This document shows positions 9,628 through 18,351 of a DNA stretch of 38,879 bases, piece after piece. The DNA is from Calditrichia bacterium (GTDB taxonomy: Bacteria; Calditrichota; Calditrichia; RBG-13-44-9; J075). The DNA lies in contig JBOEGD010000037.1 in the NCBI GenBank assembly GCA_050633245.1, positions 1 to 38,879 of the forward strand, in the 5' to 3' direction. Within the stretch, counting starts at the first letter, position 1. The number at the start of each line of letters is the position of its first letter. The notes beneath the pieces are model-generated. The model was not told where the DNA came from. It did no database searches and saw only the letters and a program-made list of their open reading frames with translations. The translations under genes were made by a program, and so were the position numbers.

Positions 9628-10554
9628 GTGACTACCGCAAAACCATTAGTGTTTTTTTCTTATGCGCGAGAAGACAAGAAGTTAGTAGAAGATATTTACG
9701 ATCAACTAAATAGCTTTGGGGTTAAGCTATGGATGGACGTAAAAGATATTTTGCCTGGGCAAAAGTGGGAACAAACAATCTCCAAGGCACTGATTAAATC
9801 AGAATTTGTAGTAGTTTTCTTCTCAAGTAACTCTGTTTCTAAACGTGGTTACATTCAAAAAGAGTTTAAACTAGCGCTTAGCACATTAGATATGTTTCCT
9901 GATGATGATATTTTCATCATTCCTGTCCGCTTAGATAATTGTGTTATACCACAACGCTTTGCTCATTTGCAGTATACAGATTGGTTTGTAAAAGGTAGTC
10001 TTGAGCAAATTCTTAAAGCAATCACATCTCGAGAAAATAAAGAAGCCAACTCCCCTATTCAAGCAAAAAAACACTTCAATTTTGGCTCCGACAGTCTAAA
10101 GATACCTAAGACGCGTAATTTGAAAAGTCAAGAATATCCAATAAACAAAGTTTTAAACACTCTAAGAGAGAATGATATAGAAAATGCAGAAAAAAAACTA
10201 TTATCGATTCAAAAAGACTATCATGAATGTCATAATATAATTATTGGACTTGCATCCATTGATATAAAAAAGGGCTTGAGAAATCTACTGAAAACCTCCA
10301 TTGATAATAGAGTTCATCAATTACACCGCATATTGCAAGACCTAAATCCTGAAACTTACAAAACAGCTTATTGTTTGGTGATTATATATAAAAATGAGTT
10401 CTATGATGTTTGGGAGGTTCCTATGCCCAAAAACACAAACACAAAGTATGATAATAATGTTCGCAACTCTCCTTTGATTAAGGATTTTCTTGTAGGTATG
10501 AAGTTATCAACTAAATCGAAAAGTGAAGTAAGAAAAATCCACAAGGTTTTTTAA
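9628..10554 (+). CDS. TIR-domain protein (TIR_2 type) with TPR-like helices and an unknown C-terminal domain
   Basis: VFFSYAREDK, LWMDVKDILPGQKW, FFSSNSVSKRGYIQKE (catalytic Glu position) and IIPVRLD. Start uncertain (GTG 9628 versus TTG 9583). Confidence 0.9.
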   Translation: MTTAKPLVFFSYAREDKKLVEDIYDQLNSFGVKLWMDVKDILPGQKWEQTISKALIKSEFVVVFFSSNSVSKRGYIQKEFKLALSTLDMFPDDDIFIIPVRLDNCVIPQRFAHLQYTDWFVKGSLEQILKAITSRENKEANSPIQAKKHFNFGSDSLKIPKTRNLKSQEYPINKVLNTLRENDIENAEKKLLSIQKDYHECHNIIIGLASIDIKKGLRNLLKTSIDNRVHQLHRILQDLNPETYKTAYCLVIIYKNEFYDVWEVPMPKNTNTKYDNNVRNSPLIKDFLVGMKLSTKSKSEVRKIHKVF

Positions 10555-10657
10555 AGAATAGTGGTAACCTTTTCAAGAAAAATTACGCAAAACAAATTAG
10601 TTATGGAGACTTGATTGGTTAATATACTTTGCACAAAAAAAATCATAGAGTTTTCTC

Positions 10658-10687
10658 AGGTTATTGTTGTTGTTTCAACAACAACCT
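10658..10687. repeat. Inverted repeat between the TIR gene and the membrane-protein gene
   Basis: aggttattgttg-ttgttt-caacaacaacct, 11 of 12 paired; no T-tract. Confidence 0.55.
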
Positions 10688-10719
10688 AAATACATGAATT
10701 CTCAACACAGCTTGATAAC

Positions 10720-12159
10720 ATGGATAAATATATGAATGAATTATTTACGTTGAGTATTTCTTCAACAAAATTACCGCGAATAAGTTATTTTGGCTCTTTG
10801 GAAAAAGAGGTAAAAGATAAGTTTGAAAGTAATAGAATTTCAATTCGTTCAGACAGTCCAATATTGAAAACTAAGAACAAGAATGAATGGCGAATTATCT
10901 CAGAAGAAAAAGAAAAAATCAGAGCATTTAGAATTCGATTATCTTTCAGTAAAAATACTGATGAAGAGATTCTCACGGTTTTTCCTGATACAGTTAGCGG
11001 ACTTCCTTCCAGTTTATGGGACTTTAATGTATTTACGTCAGATGTACATTTGTCCAGGACTAAACGAAAATTGTATTATTCTGCCTCAATAAGGCCAAAA
11101 CTGTTAGAAAAACAAAAACAAAAATGGGACTTTTTCTTTAGACCAGATATTGAAAAATTAAATAATAATTTTGATGAAATCATTGATAGATGTGAAATGG
11201 AATTAGAGCAAGCAACGGATTTATTATCTAGTTCAACGAAATACCTTCTCTTTTCAGGGATTCTTGTCGTTAGTGCTGTAATTAGCTTTCAATTTCAATA
11301 TTGGCTAATGTTTTTTCTGCTTCTGGCAATAATTTTGTTAATCTTTACCCCATATACTTTCTTTAAGGTTATTAAGAATACAATTAGTCTCAACATTGAA
11401 GAACTTAAAAATGAAGTAAATAAATTAGAATTGTACTTAGATCATTTTCGCAAAGAAAAAGAAATTGTTTTAGAGCAATTAAATGATATAAAGCTTCCAT
11501 CAATAGACGAAATTCTGCGGTGGCGCGAAGAAGAAATAGCTCAAATGCGAGAGATTTCTAAGGAAATATATTTTTTAGACGCAGATGAATCTCCGAAAAC
11601 CGATACACTCAATGGATTTGCTATTTACCAACCAGAATTTAAAGAAATGTCTGAACTTTTCCCAAAGAATTTGAGTAGCTTTTTTGGTTTTAAGAAGGTC
11701 GCAAACTCATTGTTTCATTCCGGAATGTTCTTGGTCTTTATTTTTCAAAATGACAGTAAGATATGTATTAGCAAGTTTTTCTACAATTTTATTTTGTCGA
11801 AGAAGTTTAGAGAAGAAAACTTGGAATATCATTACTCTGACCTCGTCGGTATTGCGATAAATTCAATACTTATAAACAATCCTTTTAAAGATGAGGAAGT
11901 GGAGAATAAGGAAATTGACACCATTTGGATATCTTTTACAGATAGCAAGAGCGTGGAATTAGCAATTATGGACAAAGATACAAGTAATGATATTGTTGAT
12001 AGACTAGCAAATCCGATAGAGAATAATGAAATTGACGATAGTTTCGGTTTTTTAGACGAGGAAATGAATTTATCGGAGGAGAAAATAAAGCTAGATATGA
12101 ATAAGGCCGTCAAAATAGTCAGATATATCAAAGATAAAAAAGCGAGCCAAGGAAAATGA
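10720..12159 (+). CDS. Hypothetical membrane protein: soluble N-domain, coiled coil, 2 TM helices, coiled coil, C-terminal beta-rich (PH-like?) domain
   Basis: 479-aa ORF with a hydrophobic hairpin YLLFSGILVVSAVISF/YWLMFFLLLAIILLIFTPY flanked by E/K/L heptads. 'ENLEYHYSDLVGIAI' resembles bacterial PH-type motifs. Confidence 0.75.
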   Translation: MDKYMNELFTLSISSTKLPRISYFGSLEKEVKDKFESNRISIRSDSPILKTKNKNEWRIISEEKEKIRAFRIRLSFSKNTDEEILTVFPDTVSGLPSSLWDFNVFTSDVHLSRTKRKLYYSASIRPKLLEKQKQKWDFFFRPDIEKLNNNFDEIIDRCEMELEQATDLLSSSTKYLLFSGILVVSAVISFQFQYWLMFFLLLAIILLIFTPYTFFKVIKNTISLNIEELKNEVNKLELYLDHFRKEKEIVLEQLNDIKLPSIDEILRWREEEIAQMREISKEIYFLDADESPKTDTLNGFAIYQPEFKEMSELFPKNLSSFFGFKKVANSLFHSGMFLVFIFQNDSKICISKFFYNFILSKKFREENLEYHYSDLVGIAINSILINNPFKDEEVENKEIDTIWISFTDSKSVELAIMDKDTSNDIVDRLANPIENNEIDDSFGFLDEEMNLSEEKIKLDMNKAVKIVRYIKDKKASQGK

Positions 12160-12518
12160 CACCAAAACATGGTAGCGATCATAAAGAGAACCTTGCAAAG
12201 GTAAAGACATTAAGAAAATCAAAGGGTCCAATATTTGGTGTATGCGGAGGTATTGCAATCTATAGCGGTATTGATCCTCTGATAGTCCGCATTGTTGTAG
12301 TGGTCTTATCCTTTTTGACCTTTCCGGTGCCCCCCTTGGTATATATTACTCTTGCCTTAATATTGCCTAGCTCAAATAGAGAGCATAAACGTGATTTTCA
12401 AAATAGATACAAAGATAAGATTTTCACTGATTCGAAATTAACAATCTGTTCACGTTGCAATGAGAAAAATAATGAAAATAGGAACTTTTGTAAAGAGTGT
12501 GGCGAGAGTCTATTCTAA
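12156..12518 (+). CDS. PspC-domain protein with C-terminal zinc ribbon
   Basis: LRKSK..IFGVCGGIAIYSGIDPLIVRI...YITLALILP is the PspC motif; CSRC-x10-CKECG is a zinc ribbon; ATGA overlap with the upstream stop. Confidence 0.9.
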   Translation: MTPKHGSDHKENLAKVKTLRKSKGPIFGVCGGIAIYSGIDPLIVRIVVVVLSFLTFPVPPLVYITLALILPSSNREHKRDFQNRYKDKIFTDSKLTICSRCNEKNNENRNFCKECGESLF

Positions 12519-12753
12519 AACCTTAACTCCTCGATTATTTCTTTCGAAATTACATTCGAGACTGCAAGTACATTTAAGTTCAAAACTCTCTTAGAAATTG
12601 TAAAACTCTTGGTTCCAACTTCAACTTATATTTTCAAAATCAGAAATTGGAGCCTTTTCTTGCCTCCCCCTAAGAATACCTCGTTGTTCCATCCTCTATC
12701 TTTTGGTAACATAATTCAATTAAAGACAAACCTCACAGAGACTGGAAAAAGAC

Positions 12754-14217
12754 GTGACGGAACAGCAACAAAACACACCTGAACAATCATCACAAGAAGA
12801 AATATCCGCAGACCAACCTGAAGATCAATCCAATCAATCCGTTTGGCGCGAACTTATTAATGCCATTAAGGGCACCGAGGCCGATTATACAAAGATCGGC
12901 CTGAAGCGAGCCATTTTGCTATTGGCTGTGCCAATGATTTTAGAGCTGATTATGGAGTCTACCTTTGCCGTAGTGGATATCTATTTTGTTGGTCAGCTCG
13001 GCGCTTCTGCCGTGGCAACGGTTGGATTAACCGAAACATATTTGTTTCTGCTCTATTCGGTAGCTATGGGGCTTTCGATGGCGATTACCGCAACGGTGGC
13101 GCGGCGAATTGGTGAAAAAGAAAATGAAGCGGCAGCGATAACAGCTGTGCAGGCCATTATTATTGCCCTGTTGTCATCCTTGCCCTTCGCGATTGCGGGA
13201 ATCTTCTATGCTCAAGACCTGCTCATTTTGATGGGAGCCGATGAGTGGAGTATTAATCACGGCTATCGATATACCCAGTGGTTGTTGGGTGGCAATGCGG
13301 TAATTGTGCTGCTGTTTGTGATCAACGCGATTTATCGTGGCGCCGGAGATGCAGCCATCGCAATGCGCGTATTGTGGATTGCCAACGGATTTAACATTTT
13401 GCTCGATCCGCTGTTGATCTTTGGCTGGGGCCCCATTCCAGCCATGGGCATCGAAGGTGCAGCCATTGCTTCTACCATCGGACGAGGCATCGGCGTGGCC
13501 GTGCAGCTGTGGACGCTATTCAATGGCGGCAAGCATCTTCGTCTGAAGGCCTCGCAGCTTCATGTGAATACCAAAATTATGGTTAATATTATCCGCACCT
13601 CAATGGGCGGGGTTGGACAAATGTTGGTTGCCATGACCTCCTGGATCTTTCTGATGCGCATTCTGGCAGATGTTGGTAGTGAGGCCGTTGCCGGCTCAAC
13701 TATTGCCATACGAATTATGATGTTCACGCTGATGCCGGCATGGGGGCTTTCAAATGCTGCAGCTACCCTGGTTGGACAAAACCTAGGGGCCGGTAGCCCG
13801 GAACGAGCCGAAGAAACGGTCTGGAAAATTGGTTATTACAATATGATTTTTCTGATTGGGGTTTCGATAGTCTACTACTTTTTCAATCGCGAGCTGATCG
13901 AAATATTTACCTCGGATGAAGGCGTAATCGCAGTTGGTGCGGAATGGCTGAAGATATTATCGTATTCTTATTTTGTTTACGGCTGGTGGATGGTTTCGGT
14001 GCAGGCGTTTAACGGTGCCGGTGATACGGCAACACCGACGAAAATTAACCTGGTATTTTTCTGGTTGATTCAAATCCCCTTGGCCTGGTATCTGGCGATT
14101 TCGTTGGGTTGGGAACAGTCCGGTGTGTTTTGGTCAGTTTTCATATCAGAAACCCTGGTCGGCATATTCACACTCTGGCTTTTTAACAAGGGGCGCTGGA
14201 AGCTGGCGGAGGTTTGA
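12754..14217 (+). CDS. MATE family efflux transporter
   Basis: LAVPMILE...VDIYFVGQLG..AVA, RGAGD, NILLDPLLIFG.GPIPAMGIEGAAIAS and LVGQNLGAG; about 12 TM segments. Confidence 0.95.
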   Translation: MTEQQQNTPEQSSQEEISADQPEDQSNQSVWRELINAIKGTEADYTKIGLKRAILLLAVPMILELIMESTFAVVDIYFVGQLGASAVATVGLTETYLFLLYSVAMGLSMAITATVARRIGEKENEAAAITAVQAIIIALLSSLPFAIAGIFYAQDLLILMGADEWSINHGYRYTQWLLGGNAVIVLLFVINAIYRGAGDAAIAMRVLWIANGFNILLDPLLIFGWGPIPAMGIEGAAIASTIGRGIGVAVQLWTLFNGGKHLRLKASQLHVNTKIMVNIIRTSMGGVGQMLVAMTSWIFLMRILADVGSEAVAGSTIAIRIMMFTLMPAWGLSNAAATLVGQNLGAGSPERAEETVWKIGYYNMIFLIGVSIVYYFFNRELIEIFTSDEGVIAVGAEWLKILSYSYFVYGWWMVSVQAFNGAGDTATPTKINLVFFWLIQIPLAWYLAISLGWEQSGVFWSVFISETLVGIFTLWLFNKGRWKLAEV

Positions 14218-14230
14218 TTCTGATAAAGAG

Positions 14231-14274
14231 ACTAAGCGTAATAATTCCACCATTGTAGAATTATTACGCTTAGT
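14231..14274. terminator. 17-bp perfect inverted repeat just after the MATE stop; probable terminator or mRNA-stabilising hairpin
   Basis: actaagcgtaataattc-N10-gaattattacgcttagt; no canonical U-tract. Confidence 0.6.
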
Positions 14275-14428
14275 AAGTAACTGCTTAAGCTCGGCAAAAA
14301 GCTTAATGAGCTTAATCTGGAAGAGTTTCTAGATTTGTTCTTTTCTACTGGTTCGATGAAGATTACCCCAACAGCCTTTGTGCTGCAAGAAACCGCAGGT
14401 TATAACTCAGACCCAACTTTCTCTACAG

Positions 14429-14457
14429 TTGACTTGCTGAAGATTATGTATTACTAT
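14429..14457 (+). promoter_or_regulatory. Candidate sigma70 promoter
   Basis: TTGACT-N17-TACTAT about 150 nt upstream of the 14605 CDS. Confidence 0.5.
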
Positions 14458-14604
14458 TTATAATCACCTCCCCCTTAAAGACTTAGCTAAAAATCTCTCC
14501 CCTCATAAATTGTTAGAAACTAAATGATGCAACACTTATCGCAGACGCTAATAGATTAAAAACTCTCGTCAATTAATTCCGCAAAATTTACATTTGGGTG
14601 AATT

Positions 14605-15987
14605 ATGATCTATAAACACTTAGTTTCTTTGCAATCTTATTGGAAGAATAAGCAGAATCGAGTAGATGGAATAAGAGCCTTAAATGGACTTGTTTTTACC
14701 ATACTCTTAATATTGCTCCCTTCTCAATTGAGTGCTCAAAATTCTATTGGTTATGGGCAGATGCGACTTGATGCAATAGCTTGCGCACAAACAGACACCT
14801 TTACTTTTCAAGCTAGTGCAGGCGATGCAATTATAATTCATGTGGTTGAAATGAGCGATTTTGGAGGCAATTGTGGTGGCGCTTGTCTTTGTTTCGATCA
14901 ACGAATTGAATTACTAGACCCTGCTGGTAACGTTATTTCCATTGCAACGTCGCCTACCAGCGCAAATAACTTCGGTCGTTATCGTACTCAAATTGGACCC
15001 GAAACAATACCTATTGATGGGATTTACTCTATACATATTCGTGATAAACAGAATAATGGGAGGGGGGAATATTCGATCTATCTTCAGAATATTAATGATC
15101 CATTAATGGCCGACTCTCTTGTTATTGGAGAGAACTTGCTAATTGATATTAATCAGGGTGAGGTTGATTCTTATGTGTTTGAAGCATGGCCTCTTGATCG
15201 CACCACTATTGATATGATTCCGGAAGGCGGCAGTGATGTTCTCCCGCAATTATCACTTTATGATCAACAGGGACATGCTCTAGCTCTACCGGATAGTGGG
15301 CATATAGATTATACTTTTAGCAGTGGTGGACTATTTACGCTGTTAGCATTTAGTAGCGTAGATGAATCCGGTCTCTATCGTCTTAACTTTACCGTGGAGA
15401 TTCCGGTTAACAGTCCACCGATAGCTACTCCAGATACAGCTTCTACTCAACAAAACACGTCTGTAGCGATTGATGTGTTAGCCAACGATAGTGACCCTGA
15501 TAGCAATGCAATTATCATTTCATCTGCAACGGATGGCTCAAACGGAACAGTCCTCTCTAATACATCTTATTTGATTTATACTCCAGACCCGGGATATATC
15601 GGCGTTGATGAGTTCACTTACAAAGTTACTGATACACAGGATACTGCGATGACCGTTGTGCAGGTAGTAACAGGAATAACAGATATTGAAGAGTATGCAC
15701 ATCAGTTATCCGAATATAAATTAGCAAACAATTATCCAAACCCTTTCAACCCGATGACAAATATCGAATTTCAGTCTACAAACGCCGGCATTGTGAGATT
15801 AAGAGTATATGATGTACGTGGAAAATTGATTAAAACGCTGGTTAATGAAAAGATTAATGCAGGTAAGCACTTATATGTTTGGAATGGGACGAATGACGCG
15901 GGAAATCAGGTTAGTTCCGGAATCTATTTTTATCATCTTATTATAGATGATTTTACGGAAACTAAAAAAATGGTATTGCAACAGTAG
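14605..15987 (+). CDS. Secreted protein with two PPC-like beta domains, a cadherin/Big_9-like Ig domain and a T9SS/FlgD-Ig C-terminal domain
   Basis: Signal peptide ending LSAQ; 'DTFTFQASAGDAIII' and 'DSYVFEA..DRTTI' repeats; 'NSPPIATPD...IDVLANDSDPD...YTPDPGYIGVDEFTY'; NYPNPFNP...KKMVL. True start may be downstream. Confidence 0.85.
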   Translation: MIYKHLVSLQSYWKNKQNRVDGIRALNGLVFTILLILLPSQLSAQNSIGYGQMRLDAIACAQTDTFTFQASAGDAIIIHVVEMSDFGGNCGGACLCFDQRIELLDPAGNVISIATSPTSANNFGRYRTQIGPETIPIDGIYSIHIRDKQNNGRGEYSIYLQNINDPLMADSLVIGENLLIDINQGEVDSYVFEAWPLDRTTIDMIPEGGSDVLPQLSLYDQQGHALALPDSGHIDYTFSSGGLFTLLAFSSVDESGLYRLNFTVEIPVNSPPIATPDTASTQQNTSVAIDVLANDSDPDSNAIIISSATDGSNGTVLSNTSYLIYTPDPGYIGVDEFTYKVTDTQDTAMTVVQVVTGITDIEEYAHQLSEYKLANNYPNPFNPMTNIEFQSTNAGIVRLRVYDVRGKLIKTLVNEKINAGKHLYVWNGTNDAGNQVSSGIYFYHLIIDDFTETKKMVLQQ

Positions 15988-16108
15988 CTGTACCGGTTAG
16001 CTGAGTCTCTCAACTGAAAAAAGGCGCGTAATGTCTTTTAACATAGGGGTGAAAATTCAAAATTCTTTGATTCCACTAATTATCTGAGGCTTTCGGGTAG
16101 CAATTTCT

Positions 16109-16164
16109 GTTGCCCGTTGCCCGTTGCCCGTTGCCCGTTGCCCGCTGCCCGCTGCCCGCTGCCT
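16109..16164. repeat. Heptamer tandem repeat (GTTGCCC)5(GCTGCCC)2(GCTGCCT)
   Basis: Read directly: 8 consecutive 7-bp units, intergenic. Confidence 0.95.
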
Positions 16165-16285
16165 GTCACTTGCCTTGAGCATCAAAACTATTTCCCCCAC
16201 CATGTCGTCTTGATATTTATACGCCCTGAAACTATCTTTTATCTCTACCCAAAATAGCCATGCCAAATTCCGAAAGGTCTGCCAA

Positions 16286-18241
16286 ATGAGAACGCTCGTC
16301 CTTTTTTCTCTGCTTCTCTTCTCCAGCTCTATTTCCTTTGCCCAAAACCCCGATAGCCTCTATTCACTTTCTATGGACGCTTATGATGCCGGAGATTATG
16401 CTGCTTCCGCAAAACACTTTTCCAAGCTGGTGATTTTGAAGGGATTTGAAATGAGCAATCGGCGATTGTACAACGGCGCCTGTGCTCTGGCATTAAATGG
16501 TGATAATGGACAGGCACTAAAAATTCTGGAATACCTGGCGGCAGAAAAATTCTATTCGAATCTGAGTCATATCCAAAAAGATGGCGATCTTAAAGATTTG
16601 CACAATTCTCCACGCTGGAAAGCTTTGTTGGGGCAGGTAAAGGCGAATAAGGACAGTGCGCCGGAACGTAATCGAACGAACATTATTAAAGCGCTCCAGG
16701 CTGCGAAAGAGATTTTGCAAAACGATGGTGGAGCATTATGGGGTGAACCGCTCTGGAATGAGAATGTGCTGGTGATTGACTACGATTTTAATGTCTACAG
16801 CATCAAGCCGTTTGAAGGAAGTGTTACCGAAGACTCTGCACTCTTTTACAAGCTGGTAACCGATAACAGTCTCAGCTTTACTAATACCACGCAGCAGTTT
16901 CTTGGTGAGGAATATGCGACCGTAGTGATTAATGCAATAGATGACAGCAGCTCAACCATTATTCACGAGCTGTTTCACCTCGCGCACTTAAGAGATATGA
17001 AGCTGAAGGCCGATCCCATTACCTATCTGGATAATTATGATGCACGCATCTGGCTGCGACTAGAATATGAAGCACTGCGTAATGCACTTGGTGCAATCGA
17101 TTTGAAGGCAGACAAGCAGCAGGTAATGCAGTTTGTGAACGATGCTTTTCGCTTTCGCAGGATTCGTCAGGAAAAATATAGCGACTATCTGGATCTGGAG
17201 CTACAGCTGGAAACAGTCGAAGGTCTGGCAAACTATACCGGAATCATATTGTCTTCCTACAAAAACAAGTATGAGCATGCCATAAAGGAAATCGACTTTC
17301 GTGAATCAGCGGAAACCTTTACGCGGCCTTTTCCCTATGCCACCGGCCCGGCTTATGGGCTTCTCTTTGACTATTTGAATGTAGCTTGGCGAGTTGGATT
17401 CGCTGACGTTTATAACTTTCTGGATATTTATGAATCGCAGGTGCTTAAAAAGAAATTGCGGTATGACGGTTCAGGATTTCAGGCTGCCAGGCTACGAAAT
17501 AATTTTGCGACAATAGAGCAGGAAGAAATTGCCCGTAAGGAAAATCAGCAGCAGCTAACCAACTTTTACATTGATCTTTTTTACGATAAACCAACGCTGA
17601 AGGTGGCAGTGCCGAAAGGCTATAGCATGAGCTTTAACATGAATGGAACCATGGTTCTAAATAAAGAGGATATCGTATATTCCTGGCTAAAGGGCGAGCA
17701 TATGGAAAATACCCAGTTTGGAAGCTTCGCCACACTGTCGGGCAAAGATCAGCTGGGATTGGGTGGTATTCTGCGTATCGAGGATTATAATGAACTGGTT
17801 TTCCCACAGCCCACGAGCATCGTTGGTGATACAATCAGAGGCTTCAATTATGAAATGACGCTGAACCCCGGTTGGAAGGTCGCAAAGGTCAATGAAAAGG
17901 GGGATATGCGCATTATTCTGGAGGCGACAGACATTCAGCGTTTAACCACTGATATAAATAAGGATGGGCTGAATGATGATGTTGCGGGCTGGCATCAGGA
18001 TTCGCTATTTGTTGTTACGGTGAAGGTCGCTTCGGAAATGGATGACATTTCCGAGTTTCGCTTCTCGTTTCCGCTGGGGGACAGTATGAGTCAAAATGCG
18101 CTTTGTGGTAAACAAATTACGATGGAGTCAGAAGTAATTGGTGATGGCCAAAAGGTAGTCAAGCTCTCCGACGGTTTATGCGATGCTATTCGATTGGTTT
18201 GGAGTTCTTCTTCTGAGATGATAGACGTTCGAAGAAATTAA
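16286..18241 (+). CDS. Secreted TPR-containing protein with HExxH zincin-like motif (putative metallopeptidase)
   Basis: Signal peptide; TPR-like AYDAGDYAASA and LYNGACALALNG; IIHELFHLAH with downstream ETVEGLANY (gluzincin-type third ligand). Confidence 0.75.
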   Translation: MRTLVLFSLLLFSSSISFAQNPDSLYSLSMDAYDAGDYAASAKHFSKLVILKGFEMSNRRLYNGACALALNGDNGQALKILEYLAAEKFYSNLSHIQKDGDLKDLHNSPRWKALLGQVKANKDSAPERNRTNIIKALQAAKEILQNDGGALWGEPLWNENVLVIDYDFNVYSIKPFEGSVTEDSALFYKLVTDNSLSFTNTTQQFLGEEYATVVINAIDDSSSTIIHELFHLAHLRDMKLKADPITYLDNYDARIWLRLEYEALRNALGAIDLKADKQQVMQFVNDAFRFRRIRQEKYSDYLDLELQLETVEGLANYTGIILSSYKNKYEHAIKEIDFRESAETFTRPFPYATGPAYGLLFDYLNVAWRVGFADVYNFLDIYESQVLKKKLRYDGSGFQAARLRNNFATIEQEEIARKENQQQLTNFYIDLFYDKPTLKVAVPKGYSMSFNMNGTMVLNKEDIVYSWLKGEHMENTQFGSFATLSGKDQLGLGGILRIEDYNELVFPQPTSIVGDTIRGFNYEMTLNPGWKVAKVNEKGDMRIILEATDIQRLTTDINKDGLNDDVAGWHQDSLFVVTVKVASEMDDISEFRFSFPLGDSMSQNALCGKQITMESEVIGDGQKVVKLSDGLCDAIRLVWSSSSEMIDVRRN

Positions 18242-18267
18242 TCGGCGAGAATATTTACTATATAAAG

Positions 18268-18309
18268 TTGATTTCGCTCAATATCACGCAGATCTTTTTT
18301 CCGTATCCT
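18268..18309 (+). promoter_or_regulatory. FNR/Crp-family-like box with a candidate -10
   Basis: TTGAT-ttcg-CTCAA (9/10 match to TTGAT-N4-ATCAA) at 18268-18281; TATCCT at 18304-18309. Confidence 0.45.
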
Positions 18310-18351
18310 TTTGCAATAAATTGACCCATCGACTCGGCAACGGAAACGTCT

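Noticed and set aside
9628-12518. Calling the island Thoeris, CBASS or Pycsar
   Set aside because: No SIR2/SLOG/Macro ThsA, CD-NTase or cyclase motifs are visible, so it is left unassigned.
16057-16266. 69-aa ORF with QRA(A/T)G(S/N)G repeats
   Set aside because: The repeats are just the translated heptamer microsatellite; no other coding support.
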